Source: Rhynchobatus australiae
Lineage: Eukaryota
NCBI GenBank assembly: GCA_034780895.1
Contig: JAUZTB010000107.1
Span: 33,404,738-33,468,737, forward strand
Length of the DNA: 64,000 nt
Reading direction: 5' to 3'
Shown here: one piece after another, positions 39,796 to 52,480 of the stretch
Layout of the letters: each line of letters starts with the position of its first letter
How positions within the stretch are numbered: position 1 is the stretch's first letter
Position numbers and translations under genes: made by a program
The notes under the pieces: generated by a model
Seen by the model: only the letters and a program-made list of their open reading frames with translations
Database searches by the model: none
Told to the model about the DNA's origin: nothing

Positions 39796-40889
39796 CATAC
39801 TTTAAGTGAGTTGCAAATGACTTATTCAACCATACAAAAGATCATGGGTGAGAAATTAGGCTTTCATCATTGTCTGGGTATCAGCCTGTTCATATTTGGC
39901 TTCAGTGAAACGATGGCTGATACTCATGCTTCTTTCAGCACTGATGAGCAAGAGAGAACTTCTCTCTCCATGTAACTAATACATATCATAGACACGCATG
40001 ATAATTCCGGTAATTCTGCACCAGAATAGGTGCTTTGATATTGACTAGTATGACGCACACCAGTATAATCCATGGATATTTCATTTAAAAAAAACTCCAG
40101 AAATACCAAGAGTGCCAACCAGAAGTCTTTACTTAGTTGCATGCTAGCCTCAGAAATAGAATACCTTCCTTAACCTAAATTAGTTTTGAAGTTAGCATTC
40201 ACATGAGCATTGAAAATATCAATCAATAAACACCTAATCTAGTGAAAATAAATGGAAATGTGCTATTGTCATATTAGCAGCAATTGTAAACTAAGTTATG
40301 CTTCAATTGCTGCTGCTGGCAGTAGATCTAATACTTCAATTGTGTCTCCAACAACCCAACAATTGAAATTATTTGAAGTTTTTAATTAACTATTGGTTTA
40401 TATAATTTCAATGCAGTAATACTTAGCCATTCAAGCAGTCTTCTGAGTCTCCAAACAGACTTTCTGATGTCCTGCTAACAGACTGAAGACCTGAACTGTA
40501 CATCTTTTTAAAAATGGCTCTGATTTTTGTAAAAGCTGGGCCTCGCACTTTGATGGCATGGATGTGCCTGGGTTGGTTGTGTTAGACCAGCCATTGCAAG
40601 TTTACTATAAGAGACTGACTGCTTCATTTGCCAAGCTCTCTATGCTTGGAAAATTTGCACAGAATCAAGCTTATAAACTGACAGGTTGCCAGTAGTAAAG
40701 TCTGGAAAATGCAGAGTCTCTTAATGGCTGGTGCTTGCCCTTAAAGCAAGATGTATGGAAATTTACCTACTCGGGATGAAAGGCGAATGGACTGATTTCC
40801 CACACGGCAGAGCCATTTGATTTTTCATCTTATTGAAATCAAATATGTGCAGTGTGAATCAGGTATACAGGGTTTAGAAAAATCAATCC

Positions 40890-41180
40890 TTTCAAAAAGA
40901 ACCTTTCCTGACCTCAGGACATCTCAAAGCACTTTAGAACCAATGAGGTACTTTAAAGAAGAGTCACTGTTGCAATGTAGGAAATGTGATAGTCAAGTAA
41001 GCCAAATGTGACGGACACAGCAAGTTCCCACAAACTGCAATGAATGAGATAGCATTAGTTGTGTCATTTTAAACATTGGCCAGGACAATGGCGATACTCA
41101 CCTCTTCCATATTTTAACTTCTTTACTGTCACATCTTCAGTACAGCACTGAACCGACTCTCGATTATGAGCTCAATTCAC
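40890..41180 (-). mobile_element. Deu-domain SINE (SacSINE1/AmnSINE1 superfamily)
   Basis: caaagcactttagaaccaatgaggtacttt..gaagagtcactgttgcaatgtaggaaa...cacagcaagttccccacaaactgcaatg...aaacattggccaggaca matches the reverse of the Deu/SacSINE1 consensus as I recall it. Confidence 0.7.
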
Positions 41181-41349
41181 TAGAATGGGCTTCTGAATGC
41201 ACAACTTTTTATAGCGGAGGCAATAATTAAACCCAGGAGGGCAAGAATGGTTCTGGGGCACCCTATCATGTTTTGAATATCGTATAGCTTTCCATAGGCG
41301 CACAGTCCAGGAAGTGAACCCTGGTCTTAGTAACATTTTCATTTTATTT

Positions 41350-42620
41350 GCTTCAGCAGGAGGAAGGGCAGGAGTTAGCAACACAGCCCCTCAGACCTGC
41401 ATTATCATTCAGCGTTATGGCTGATTAGATTGTTAGCCTGCCTGCCTTCATCCCACCTAATCTCCATGATCTTTAGGAACATAAGAAGAAGGTGCAGGAG
41501 CTTGCTCCACCATTCATCAAAATCACAACTGATCTTTTTTTCTCACTGCCATTTTCCTGCCTCGTCCAACAATCCCTTGACTTCTGGATACCAGGAGGAT
41601 CAATCTCTGTTTTAAATGAACTCGGTGACTGAATCTCCACAGCCCTCCAGGTTAGAGAATTCCAAAGATTCCCCACTCTCTGCGGGAAGAAGTGTCTCCT
41701 CATCTCAGTCTACATGACCTGCCCCTAATTCTGAGACTGTGACCCCTGCTTCTGCATTCCTCAGTCAGGAGAAGTGTCCTCCCTGCTTTCAGCCCTGTAA
41801 GAATGTTGTAAGTTTCTCTGAGATCTCTTCTCGTTCTTCTAAACTCTGGAGAATGCAGGCCTGGTCAACCCAATCTCTCCTCATACAACAAACCCTCCAT
41901 CCCAGGAACCAGTCTTCCCTGCGCTCCCTCTATGGCATGTATATCCTTTTATAGGTAAGCTGTCCAAGACTGCACTCTGCTACAAGTGCAGTCTCAGAAA
42001 GGCCCTATAAAATTGCAGTAAGACATCCCTTCTCCTTTAAGCAAATCATCTTGTAATGAAAGCCGACATATCATTTGACTTCCTAATTTGCTATATCAAC
42101 ATATTAGCTTTCAGTGATGTGTATAAGGGAATCTAGGGCCCTTGAAACATCAACATTGCCCAATATCTTGCCATATAAAACATCTCTGTATTTCCATTTT
42201 GTGCACCAAAGTGGACAACTTCACATTGTTCCACCTTGTTTCTCACCTGCCATGTTGTTGTCCACTCATTCAGTTTATCTTGAAGCCTTTTTACATCATC
42301 CAATCTACTCTCAATCCCACCTAGTTTTGCATTATCAGCAAACTTGGAAAGATGACATTTAGTCCCCTCAGCTTAATCAATGAATAACTGGCACCCAAGC
42401 ACTGATCCCTGTGCTGTCCTCATTTTCACTGCCTGCCAACTTGAAGAAGATCCATTCTCACTCTTTGCTTTTTGTTGGAGAACTAATTCTCGATCCACAT
42501 CAGTATATTACTCCTAACTCCCTGTGCTCTAACCTTATTGACCAACATCATGTGTAGAACTTATCAAACCCCTTTTAAAAATCTAAATACGTCACATTCA
42601 CTATTTCCTTTACCCCATCT
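41350..42620 (-). mobile_element. CR1 LINE (RT to 3' UTR) with a second, older 3' end in front
   Basis: ORF 41473-41703 MRRHFFPQRVGNLWNSL...FKTEID; the reverse of tatcagcaaactt is KFAD; reverse GSVLG at about 42390-42410. Confidence 0.9.
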
Positions 42621-44999
42621 GATGCACTGATAAGTTACGTGTTGAGTCAAGAATGCTATTAGTTACATTTATGATCTTGTCTACTTGCACTGATGTGAGT
42701 CTAACCTTGTTTGCACAAGTTGTGCCTTGCCTGTGATGCATTGCTGTAGTCTGTGGATACTCAACAGGAGATGGTGCCATCAAGTCCATGATTAGTAATC
42801 ACATTGGGAGAAAAGGAAAATGAAGTCTCAATAAGCAAATGCAATTGTATAGGAGCAGTATATTTGATGCATATATAGTGCCAAGGAAGTGGAAACATTT
42901 TTGGCTTTGAGGCTGAAAATATTGTTTGATGCTTAGTGCTATATTTTGCATATATCAATGATCAATGTGCATTTGAGATAAATGAAAATAATTAGAGATA
43001 TGCAGCTTAACATCAATGATCCTTTGCCTTCTTTCAGCAATCAATTCAATACAATTCTTCGGCCATTTGTTTTCAAGGTGCTCGTCCCCTTTCACGTCGA
43101 TAAGAGTTTAGTGACTGGATGTAATCTTGCTCTTTGCAATTTTCACTCTTAACCTTTTCTGTACAGTGCATTGTGGACACCATCTCACTAGTGCCAGGAT
43201 GTTAAGTTTTGTCAATTAGCAATAGGATGCAAAGAGGGCAGACCATCTGTTCCCAACTCCCACCTGATCTACCCAATCTCCCAGCAAAGTGAGCTGTTGG
43301 TGTTCCTATGAGCTGAGGATCCAGGATCAGCAACCTTTTCCTCAACGTATTTATTTTACCAGCTACAGAACAATGTTTGATTTAATTGAGTAATTTACAA
43401 TCCACGTTAAAATTAGTATGTGGAAATGGCAATATATTCACAGCTCAGTGTAAGTTTGTGCGGTTCAAGCAGTTTTGCTACTAGAAGTGCTTTAACATGT
43501 ATTCACAGAATGATTTGCCCCACCAATAAACTTTACACAGGCAAAAAAAAAGTGCATAAGGAAGCATGCCAAACTATTAGTAGCACTGACAAATGAAAAT
43601 TATCTCATGTTGAATGCAGTAAAGCTACTACCATTCAGTTTTGCCATCAAGATGGCATTTAAAACTGTACAATTATATTTTGTTAAAATATAATCTTAAG
43701 TCATTCTCTGCCAAAGCCAATATTCCTGAATTGCAGTTGACCCAGTTTCCCAGATGATACTTGCGATAGTCTTGGGAAATTCCTCGATTTACAAAGATTC
43801 AGCTAATGGATTTTTGCAATGATGAACTTGTCTTCTCCCTGCAGAGGAATGCAATGTACTAAAATCCCCATTAATGCATTTTGCCCTGTCTTTCTGAGTA
43901 ACAACATTTCATTTACTGAAAGGAACGTGTTTACAGAAAACACTCTGGAAATTGAGGGGATGGGTTTGGACCACGTTCTCATCATCCATCCCAGTTGATT
44001 TGGAAAAGAACAGAACTTACTGAGTTGACATTGGAGTGCTTTTTCTTGAAGTGCCATCTGGATATTTAAGGGTGCATTTCACAGATTAAATAAAAATCTC
44101 AAATAATAACTAAACCACTCTTTTAATGGAGAATAAAGGCTGCAGATCTCCAGTTTAAAGACTGTATGTGATCATAAGTTTCCATTTTGTGAAACTGATA
44201 TCCAGTGTCACAGATGGCCGTGGATATCAGTTTAACTGAGTTCTTACCATGGAGATCTTTCAGAAGAAATCAAAAAGCAATTCCACATAAACGGTTATGA
44301 AGGTTACTGCACTGAAAGGCTCCAAAATGGTTGATTAATCGCTAAAGGTATAATGGTCCAAGTTTTCCAGTGATGTTTTCCACATACTGTGGGAATGATC
44401 CAAAGTCAGCAAATTCCATGGCAGGAGTCTTTAGGAATGCATAGTTCTGGCCAATCACAGGATATTCCCTTTCCATGCCCCTGTGAGCGTCCCCACACCA
44501 TCCGCCATCCGTCATCAATATAGTTTGAACAATAACTAAACTATCAGTCCTTGGCATACAATTTCTTTTACCCTTTTCTCTGGCTGCTAATATATCAGAA
44601 AATGCATTAGTTGCAGATTTTTGTTTTGTTTCTATTTTCCCCAAACACTTCTTTCTTCAACAAAAATAGAATATCAGATTTTTTTTTTACCTCTACATAG
44701 GTCACCAGAGGTCAGATTATTCATTAGATGGAGGCCACAGGCAGAACTTATGGCAATAGCAGCTGGGAATTGTTGACTACATTCTGTGTTGAAGCTAGAT
44801 AATTCAGTGGAACTATGCTCTGATCGTGAAATTTACAGTGTATTTTTTCAGTTACCTGCACAGCTGAAGAGAAGCAGGTCTGTCTCAGGTAGAGCCAAGG
44901 GAGATTGCGATCCCTGGCTCGGTGTGGGAAGAATGGAACCCCCTCCCCTTTTAAGCATGCCCATGACTTCAGTTTGCAACACACAACACAATTCCTCTC

Positions 45000-46607
45000 C
45001 CCCATCAGGAAGGTCTGAGGGCCCTCTGCTTCTTTCCAGAACGTTGATCCATCCAATCCTGCTCCACCAAACCACTCATCCACCTGACCCAACTTATTCT
45101 TACCCTGAACTACTACTCTTTTGATTCCTCTCATTTTCTGCAAATTAAAGGTGTAGCCACTGGCACTTGCCCTAGAAATCGGTCTTTTTATTAGCTACGT
45201 GGAAGAGTTCTTGTCCCAAACCTACTCTGGCATCCCTCGCCAACTCTATCCCTGCTACATCGACAGCTGCATTGGTGCTGCCTCCTGCACTCGTGCAGAA
45301 CTCATCAATTTTATCACCTTTTGCTACCAACTTCCACCTTGCTCTCAAATTCACTTGGGCCACTTCTGAAACCTCTTTCCCTTTTCTGGATCTCTCTGTC
45401 TCCATCTCAGGAGACAAACTATCCACTGACATTTACCATAAACCCACAGTGCCCTCGACTACACCATCTCCAGCTGGTCTCTTGCAAAGATGCCGTCTCT
45501 TTCTCCCAGTTTCTCCTCCTCCATCACCTCTGCTCCCAGGATGAGGCCTTCAGTTCCAGGCCATCACAAATGTCCTCCTTTTTCATGAAACATGGCTTTT
45601 CCTCTGCTCTGCCTTCTCTCACAATTCCTCCATTTCCTGTACTTCTCTCACTCCTCTCTCCCCAGACGGAACAGAGGTGGAGTTCCCACTCCTCACCTTT
45701 GACCCTACCAGCCTCCACATCCAGAATGTCATCCCCAGTCATTTCAGCCAGCTACAACAGTATCCCACCACCAGTCGTGTCTTCCCCTTCCGACCCCTCT
45801 CTGCTCTCCACAGGCACGACTCTCTGTGACTTCCTGGATCCCTCATTCCTCCCTATGCCCTGACACTTTCCCCTGCAACCATAGGAGCTGCTACACCTGT
45901 CCCTACAGCACCTCCCTCACCACCATCCAGCGACCTAAACGGCCCTTCCAGGTGAGGCAGAGATTTACGTGCACCTCCTCCAACCTTGTCTATTGCATTC
46001 GGTGCTCTCAATGGGGCCTCCTCTACATTGGTGACACTAAACCAGGTGGCCATCTTGAGCTCCCAGTTGTATTCTGTTTCAACACCCCTTCCCATTGCCA
46101 AAGCCAGCTGTCTGTCCTTGGCCTTCTCCAGTGCTAGGGTGAAGCCAAACACAAACTAGAAGAATAAAACCTCATATTCCCCTGGGTATTCTACAACCCA
46201 ATGGCATGAACATTGAATTTTCCAGTTTCAGGTAACCTGCACCCCGTGTATCTTTTTCCCTCTCTCTCTGATCCCCCCAGGCTCTCTCAGCAACCTCCCC
46301 ACCCCCCCGTACCCTGCTTTGTAACCCCCTCCTCAGCCGGTTCCATCTGCCTATCACCCACACACCTAATCTAATGGGTCTTCAATCCCCTCCCCCAACT
46401 GCTTCCAACTGCCCATCAACCCTCTCCTCACCTGGTTCCACCAATCATCTACCAGTCCCTGCCTCATCCCTCCCTCTCACCTCTTCATGCTGGCAATCTT
46501 CCCTCTACACTCTCAGTGCAGATGTAAGGTCTCGAGCTGAAGCATTCCCCTGTATCCAAAGATGTGTCTAATCCACTGAGTTCCTCCAGCAGTTTGTTTT
46601 TTTTGCC
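45000..46607 (+). mobile_element. 5'-truncated Penelope-like retroelement (RT plus GIY-YIG endonuclease) with a 14-bp TSD
   Basis: QIKGVA, YIDS (YIDD site, 45256-45267), NFHLALKFTW...PFLDLSVSISGDKLSTDIYHKPT, PCNHRSCYTC, FTCTSSNLVYCIRCSQWGLLYIGDTK; flanked by acacaattcctctc at 44986-44999 and 46608-46621. Confidence 0.92.
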
Positions 46608-47984
46608 ACACAATTCCTCTCAGCTGTCAGACTTCAAAAATTTACTTTCATACATCTGGCAAAATCTTTTGTTCCTTTTGCATTTCTGCTTCCTGTTGTC
46701 TGTCAGTTGAAGTCTGGGCACACTGTGCTGGTATTTCTTCCATTCTTGTATTGCATTGTACAGCTTGTAACAATGGACGATGGTTTAGTGATTAGATGAT
46801 TTGGTTGAAAGATCATATGAAAAGGTTAGTGTACCCACTTACAAAACTGGCTGTGGTCATCAATTCCAAACACCTGAGATGGGTTTTTGCTCTGATCCCA
46901 TTTCCAGCAATGAAAGCTGCCAATTTCTGAATTTCCAGAAAACATTTTCTGGCAAGTACACTATCTCCTCAACGGTCTAAACCTGGCTCCTTTGAAACAA
47001 ATGCTCTGGGATGGTTCCATCTGAGGCTTCTCCAGTCTTGCCAAGAGCATTACTTGTACATAAGAGCAATGTTGCATAGCGCTCCTTGGCACTTGACAAG
47101 TCCCACAGAAGCCATCTCCAGAGGTAAATCTACTGGTGGCAGGTCGGATACGTGCTTCTTAGAAGCTGAGGAATTTCCTGTGGGTTTCTCTGACTCTGTG
47201 AAAGTTTACATTCTCAAATATATGAGGCACAACTGCTCCCTGAGGCGCACTGTGTGCAAGATGGTGAGTAGAGTCAACATTTTGCATTTTTCCTGTTAAG
47301 AGTTTGTTTGAGCTGGACTGAAGTTACAGATGATATTTAACCAAGAGAAAAGAACAAAATTAAAAGCCTCATCTGGCCAACCTCTGTATATATTTTACAC
47401 AGTTTGACAGCACAAAACATCAATGACTCTGGTTTATATATCACTGGATGATATTATCTGTGTGAATGTGAAATGGATTTAATTTTAATTGGATGAGCTT
47501 CCCCTTCATCCACCGCACTGTCCCACTCTCCAAATCTTGTAGTTTATATGAATGAGCACTCAGATAATGTTGGAATCATTTCCTCAGACCTTGATTTCAC
47601 TGCATTAATTGCCGTACATTCTGAGGTAGCTGGTAATGGATCTACTACTACCATTGATGGTATCCTTGAAACCATGTCATCAGGTTTTCTGAATCAGTAA
47701 GAATAGTCAGTTGTTAGAACTAAGAAATTCAACCTTGTGTAAGTGTTATATTAGAATATCCCTCAAATTAGAAAGTCTGATGTAGTCAATGAGATGTGGA
47801 GGAATTGTCTCTGCAGTTTCTCCAATTTAAAACCAATGATCTTACTCCTGATGTCTGCAATGAATCATTAAGGAGGCATCATGGATACTGCCAATATTTG
47901 CCTTTGTTCTTAGTTTCCTTGGTATAGCTGTTTGTTCTTTCAAAATAATTCATGTGGAGGATGAAATAAGATTTTAAGAACTGA

Positions 47985-48468
47985 GTTAGCAGGACCCAGT
48001 GGACCTAACTTTTCTGGCCCGGCCTCCTCTATGGGTGTCATCCACAGTCCTCCCACACCTTGTTTGGATTCCACTGGCCTGCCACATTTAAAAAAAAGAC
48101 TGTTAAAGTTGAAGTAAATAAAAATTAAGGTTAATTAAAATGTCTAAAAATAAATTGAAGTTCAGCAATATCATTTTAGAAAGTAACCTTCCTTCTCCTT
48201 TGCCTCTCCATTCTTTGCCCTCCATTCCCCAATGAAATCAATGACCTCTCGAATAGTGTGCCAGGAAATTTCCCCAGTGTATTGCTGGGGAAATCTCAGC
48301 AATACAGGTCTATGCCCTTTTTACCCCTGTGGCAGAGCAAACTGATAGATTTGACACTTGAAATCTGTTAGCAAGTCCTGGATTTTGCATTTGCATTGTG
48401 AGTGCCCCAGTCCAGGACTTAGTGAGAACCAGCCATTTCAACTGGATCCACCAGCAAGATCTGGCCCA
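47985..48468. mobile_element. Possible old non-autonomous DNA transposon (MITE-like)
   Basis: GC-rich ends (one ending caagatctggccc), A-rich interior and internal inverted repeats; a matching TIR pair could not be confirmed. Confidence 0.25.
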
Positions 48469-50984
48469 CTTAATGCTCTAGTCGGCTGTAAATTAGTCAT
48501 CTGCTCTTTGTGATATTAGCAGTTTTGTTACATGGCTCCCATAACAACGAGATAAATGTACACCTTGTCAGGTGCAGAGCTCTACATCAGAAGGCCTCCA
48601 GCCACTGGGAATAGTTAGAATTAACCAATGTTATTGAACAACCAGATGACACTCACTATGTAAACTTAGAACTGAAGAACAATATTTAGGCAAAGTCCTT
48701 GAAGGTTAAAATCAAAGCCCAGCAAGCACCGACACATAAGAGTAAGGGAGTGGAAAGATAATAAAAAATAGTTTTTGCACATAACCACAACTTGCAGAGT
48801 ACAAGCTCATTCATGATTGTAAGACATCAGAAGTACCAATGGTGATTAGCAATTTATGTGCGTGTGACGGGTCATTTTGCTCTACTGTTAAAACTAAACA
48901 GACTGTGCAAGACCTTTAAGTTCAACTCTGCTTTAGCCAGAGTTATTAAAGGTGTCACTTTTGACTTAGTTTGGAAATGTAGAATCAATAGGCATTCCAA
49001 ATCCAAGCTGATATTCAATAAACCCAGCAAGAAGGTTGCAGATCCTCAAGGATGTTGGATGAAGGCACAAGTGAACTCAATTCTGCAGTTGCCTGACTCA
49101 AAGAACAAAACTGTTCTAACCAGTGATCTGCCCACTAAGAGAAGTAATGGAAGCCCTGAGAAAGTTTTAGCCAGGAAAAGAGTCTATGCAATCACATTGT
49201 GATAAAAACAGAATTGCTGAAATGATGCTGACTAGGAACAGTTGTGAAATTACTGAAATTCACACCCACTAAATAAAGAGATGATGCCATTCAAAGAATT
49301 GTCCTTACTTACACCCAAGTGCAAAATGACTAATGCAGGTGGCAGGGAAAAAATGAGGGATGGCGTGGGAGTGCTGCTATTAGAATAGATTACATGATGA
49401 AACAATGCAACACACTCTTAAAGTGGCTGCTGTTATAAAGAGTGTTGCCCAACACTTTGCTGAGTTTGTATGTGTAATGAGACCTCAAGGTATATGGGTG
49501 GTCCCAAGATCCCAGCACATTTTCTGCTGTCCTATGCTCTTCTGGGATGGTGATTTACTCTCAAAACTCCACAACCTATGTCACACCTGAATGTGCAGGG
49601 AATCACCATGATAAATGCTGGAAATTGTATTTCCAGTCACTGGAATACTCCGAGCAGTGATAGAAGAGCCTGTTTAAATTGGAGACCATTGCACAATGAA
49701 ACGAATCCAGTGAAAGTTGGGGAGTTTTGGAATGAGGCATCACAATGTGCATTGCTCAAAGTGAAGTGATATTTAATGAGTAAGGGAAAAAGAGGTATTT
49801 GCGCTCTATGTTCACTGGAGATGATTTTTTTTTGTGGTGGATAAAAAGCAAAGACTAAGAAGGGAAAATTAAAACATTGACCATAAAATTATGGCAGATT
49901 TGTATTTGTCATTATCTTTGCACGTCCCTAGCTGCTATCATCACTATGATAATAGCTCAGGCTACTCTGTTACTATTGAGAGCCCCCAACTCTTTTCCTG
50001 TGATATTACACAGGACCTTAATAGTGGGATCAGTAGCCACTGGGTCAATAATGGGTAAGTAGCTCTGTAGCACATACATCCAAAATTATTACTTTGTTTT
50101 GTAGTACTTATGGCTCATAATCTTAATACTCTGCTCTTTCTCTGCTTTTCATTCTAAATATAAATGTATACCTAGCAGGGGACTTTTTTGGCCACTCATC
50201 ACATTCTTGTTCTAAGGATGTGGTTTGCAAGAGCAGCAGTAACCCCACCACATACAATAGTTGTTTCAAAATCACACTATACTACAGATTGGCTTAGTGG
50301 CAGAGGGTGAAATTTTTACTCCAGGGGCCCGATTAGTGTATGTGTGTACGCGTTTAGTCAGTTGCAGGGTTCTACCAAGCTTCAGTCTTGAGAGAGCAAC
50401 ACTTCACTAACAACCCCGCTCCATACCCTTACCTCTGTTTAACCCCACTTAAGATTTAACAACTATTCCAGAGGTTTCTATCACTTAAACATCAAATGCG
50501 AGAAAGAATAAGCTTGCTTTGACAACAGTATGTCCTTTAACATACTAACATAAGTTTTGTATGGTCAACTAAATGCATTGGAAAGGCCAATTAATAAAGC
50601 TGAATTTCATTTTACCTTATTTATTTAATTCTCTATGGAAAATATTAGCATACTCACAGAACAAAATAAACAGCAAACTAGCAAGATACATGGAAATATA
50701 TATTTAAGATATGCAAATAGGGGAAACTATCTGAGCAATATATCAAATTTCTCACTATTATTCAACAAAGCTGTTGACCTGGTCCTTAAGCACCACATTG
50801 CTTTGCTTTGCTGTATAATTCCAAAAGTTTTAATATGATAACTACTTGGATATTGAATGAACCTTTAATTGTGGGTGCGAAAAAGTGAGTAATTTCTGAA
50901 GTGTGTTCAGGAAGATGTTCTTGATCAGTACGTTTACTGGCTGACAAAGAAGGAATTGCTGAATACAATCCTAGGGGAATGAAG

Positions 50985-52480
50985 TGGAACATATGGAGAA
51001 TGTTGTAATCAAGGAGCACCTTGAGAATAGTGATCATAATGTTGTAAAATTTAGAGTAGTAATGGAAATGGGCAAGAGGCAGTCCAGAATAAAAGTTTAA
51101 ACTTAAGAAGAGCTAATCAGCAAATTGAGGAAGGATCTTATCCTATTAAATGGTGTTGAAAACAGGTGGACAAAAAAAACCAAAGAGCACCCCGTAGAAA
51201 TAGATGGCTTAGATGAAGCACAGATACATTCTCACAAAAGAGGAAAGTAGAGCAGCCTGGATGATTGAGTGGGATGAAGGACAGATGCCAGCTTAATAAT
51301 ACTAATGAGAATCTGTCTAAATATGAAACATATGGAGGCCATTAAAGAGGAAATGATAGAGGCAAAGAGACAGTGTGATAATAAATTTGCAACTTACATA
51401 AAGTGGCATCCAAAGGTTTTNNNNNNNNNNNNNNNNNNNNNNNNNNNNNNNNNNNNNNNNNNNNNNNNNNNNNNNNNNNNNNNNNNNNNNNNNNNNNNNN
51501 NNNNNNNNNNNNNNNNNNNNAATGTTTTAAAGCCCATTAACAGTCATCAGAAGACCAAAGAAACCGGCTAGAGACTTAAGTGAAGATCTATTGGTAGCAA
51601 AGACATGAGTGAGCTACCAACTCTGCAATTTTCTTAATGTTTACTAAGAAAAAGAACTTGAATAAGAGATTTTGATTATATTTACCATTACCAGGAATTA
51701 AGTTTAACATCAATGCTGCAAAGTCTTTTAGAAACAATAATCTGGGGCAAAAAAAAGTTAGCAGCTAATTGGACAAGCATGGACTAATGAAAGAGGGCCT
51801 GTGTTGAATTGTTGAGGGGGACTTGTTTTTGTCTGACTTTATCAAGTTTGTTTCAGGATAGATTTCGAAGTGAATGCTTGTTCACAAATCTTTGTAGATG
51901 GCAGGACAAGCTACTAAAACAGTTAAATAAAGCAGATGAAATCATCGGCTTTACTGAGTACAGAAACCTTGAAGTTATCCATGACCTATGTTTGAACATC
52001 ACACTTTAAATCTCATTTATATTTTGTCCAAATTCTTCACATCCTTGCTTACTGTAATGTTTCTAGGTATCTTGATGGATTGACTGGAGAGTGAGTCAAT
52101 GGTTTATTATTTTTGTGGCAGAGAGGGTCAAGAGTAGATCTGGTAGATCCGATGCATACAATTGTGAAAGGTTTTAACTAAGGACTAAACAAGAAGAAAC
52201 TGTTTCCAGGGCAGAGGGTAGATAATTGCACAGCACAGATTTGGGGTGTTTGGCAAAAGAACCAGTGGTGACATGGGACAGATGTTAGTGTCTTTTGGAT
52301 TCGGACTGTGTTGCCTGATATGGAAACTAATTCTGCAGTCAATTTCAAGGTGAAATAGGATAAATACTAAGAGGAGGAAAACTTGCAGGAAAGTGGGACT
52401 AACTTGATTGCTCTTCAAAGAGCTGGAGCAGATTTGGAGAAGTGGCCACAAGTTATACTGGACTAAATATTATGATTATG
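50985..52480 (+). mobile_element. Very old, deleted CR1 LINE
   Basis: gagcaccttgagaatagtgatcataat (EHLxxSDHN, end of the endonuclease), EMIEAKRQ...IKWHPKV, and a CR1-like 3' end at about 52330-52480. Confidence 0.65.

Noticed and set aside
44342-45143. 100-131 aa ORFs near 44.3-45.1 kb
   Set aside because: No recognisable protein motifs or convincing splice structure; they partly overlap the Penelope element.
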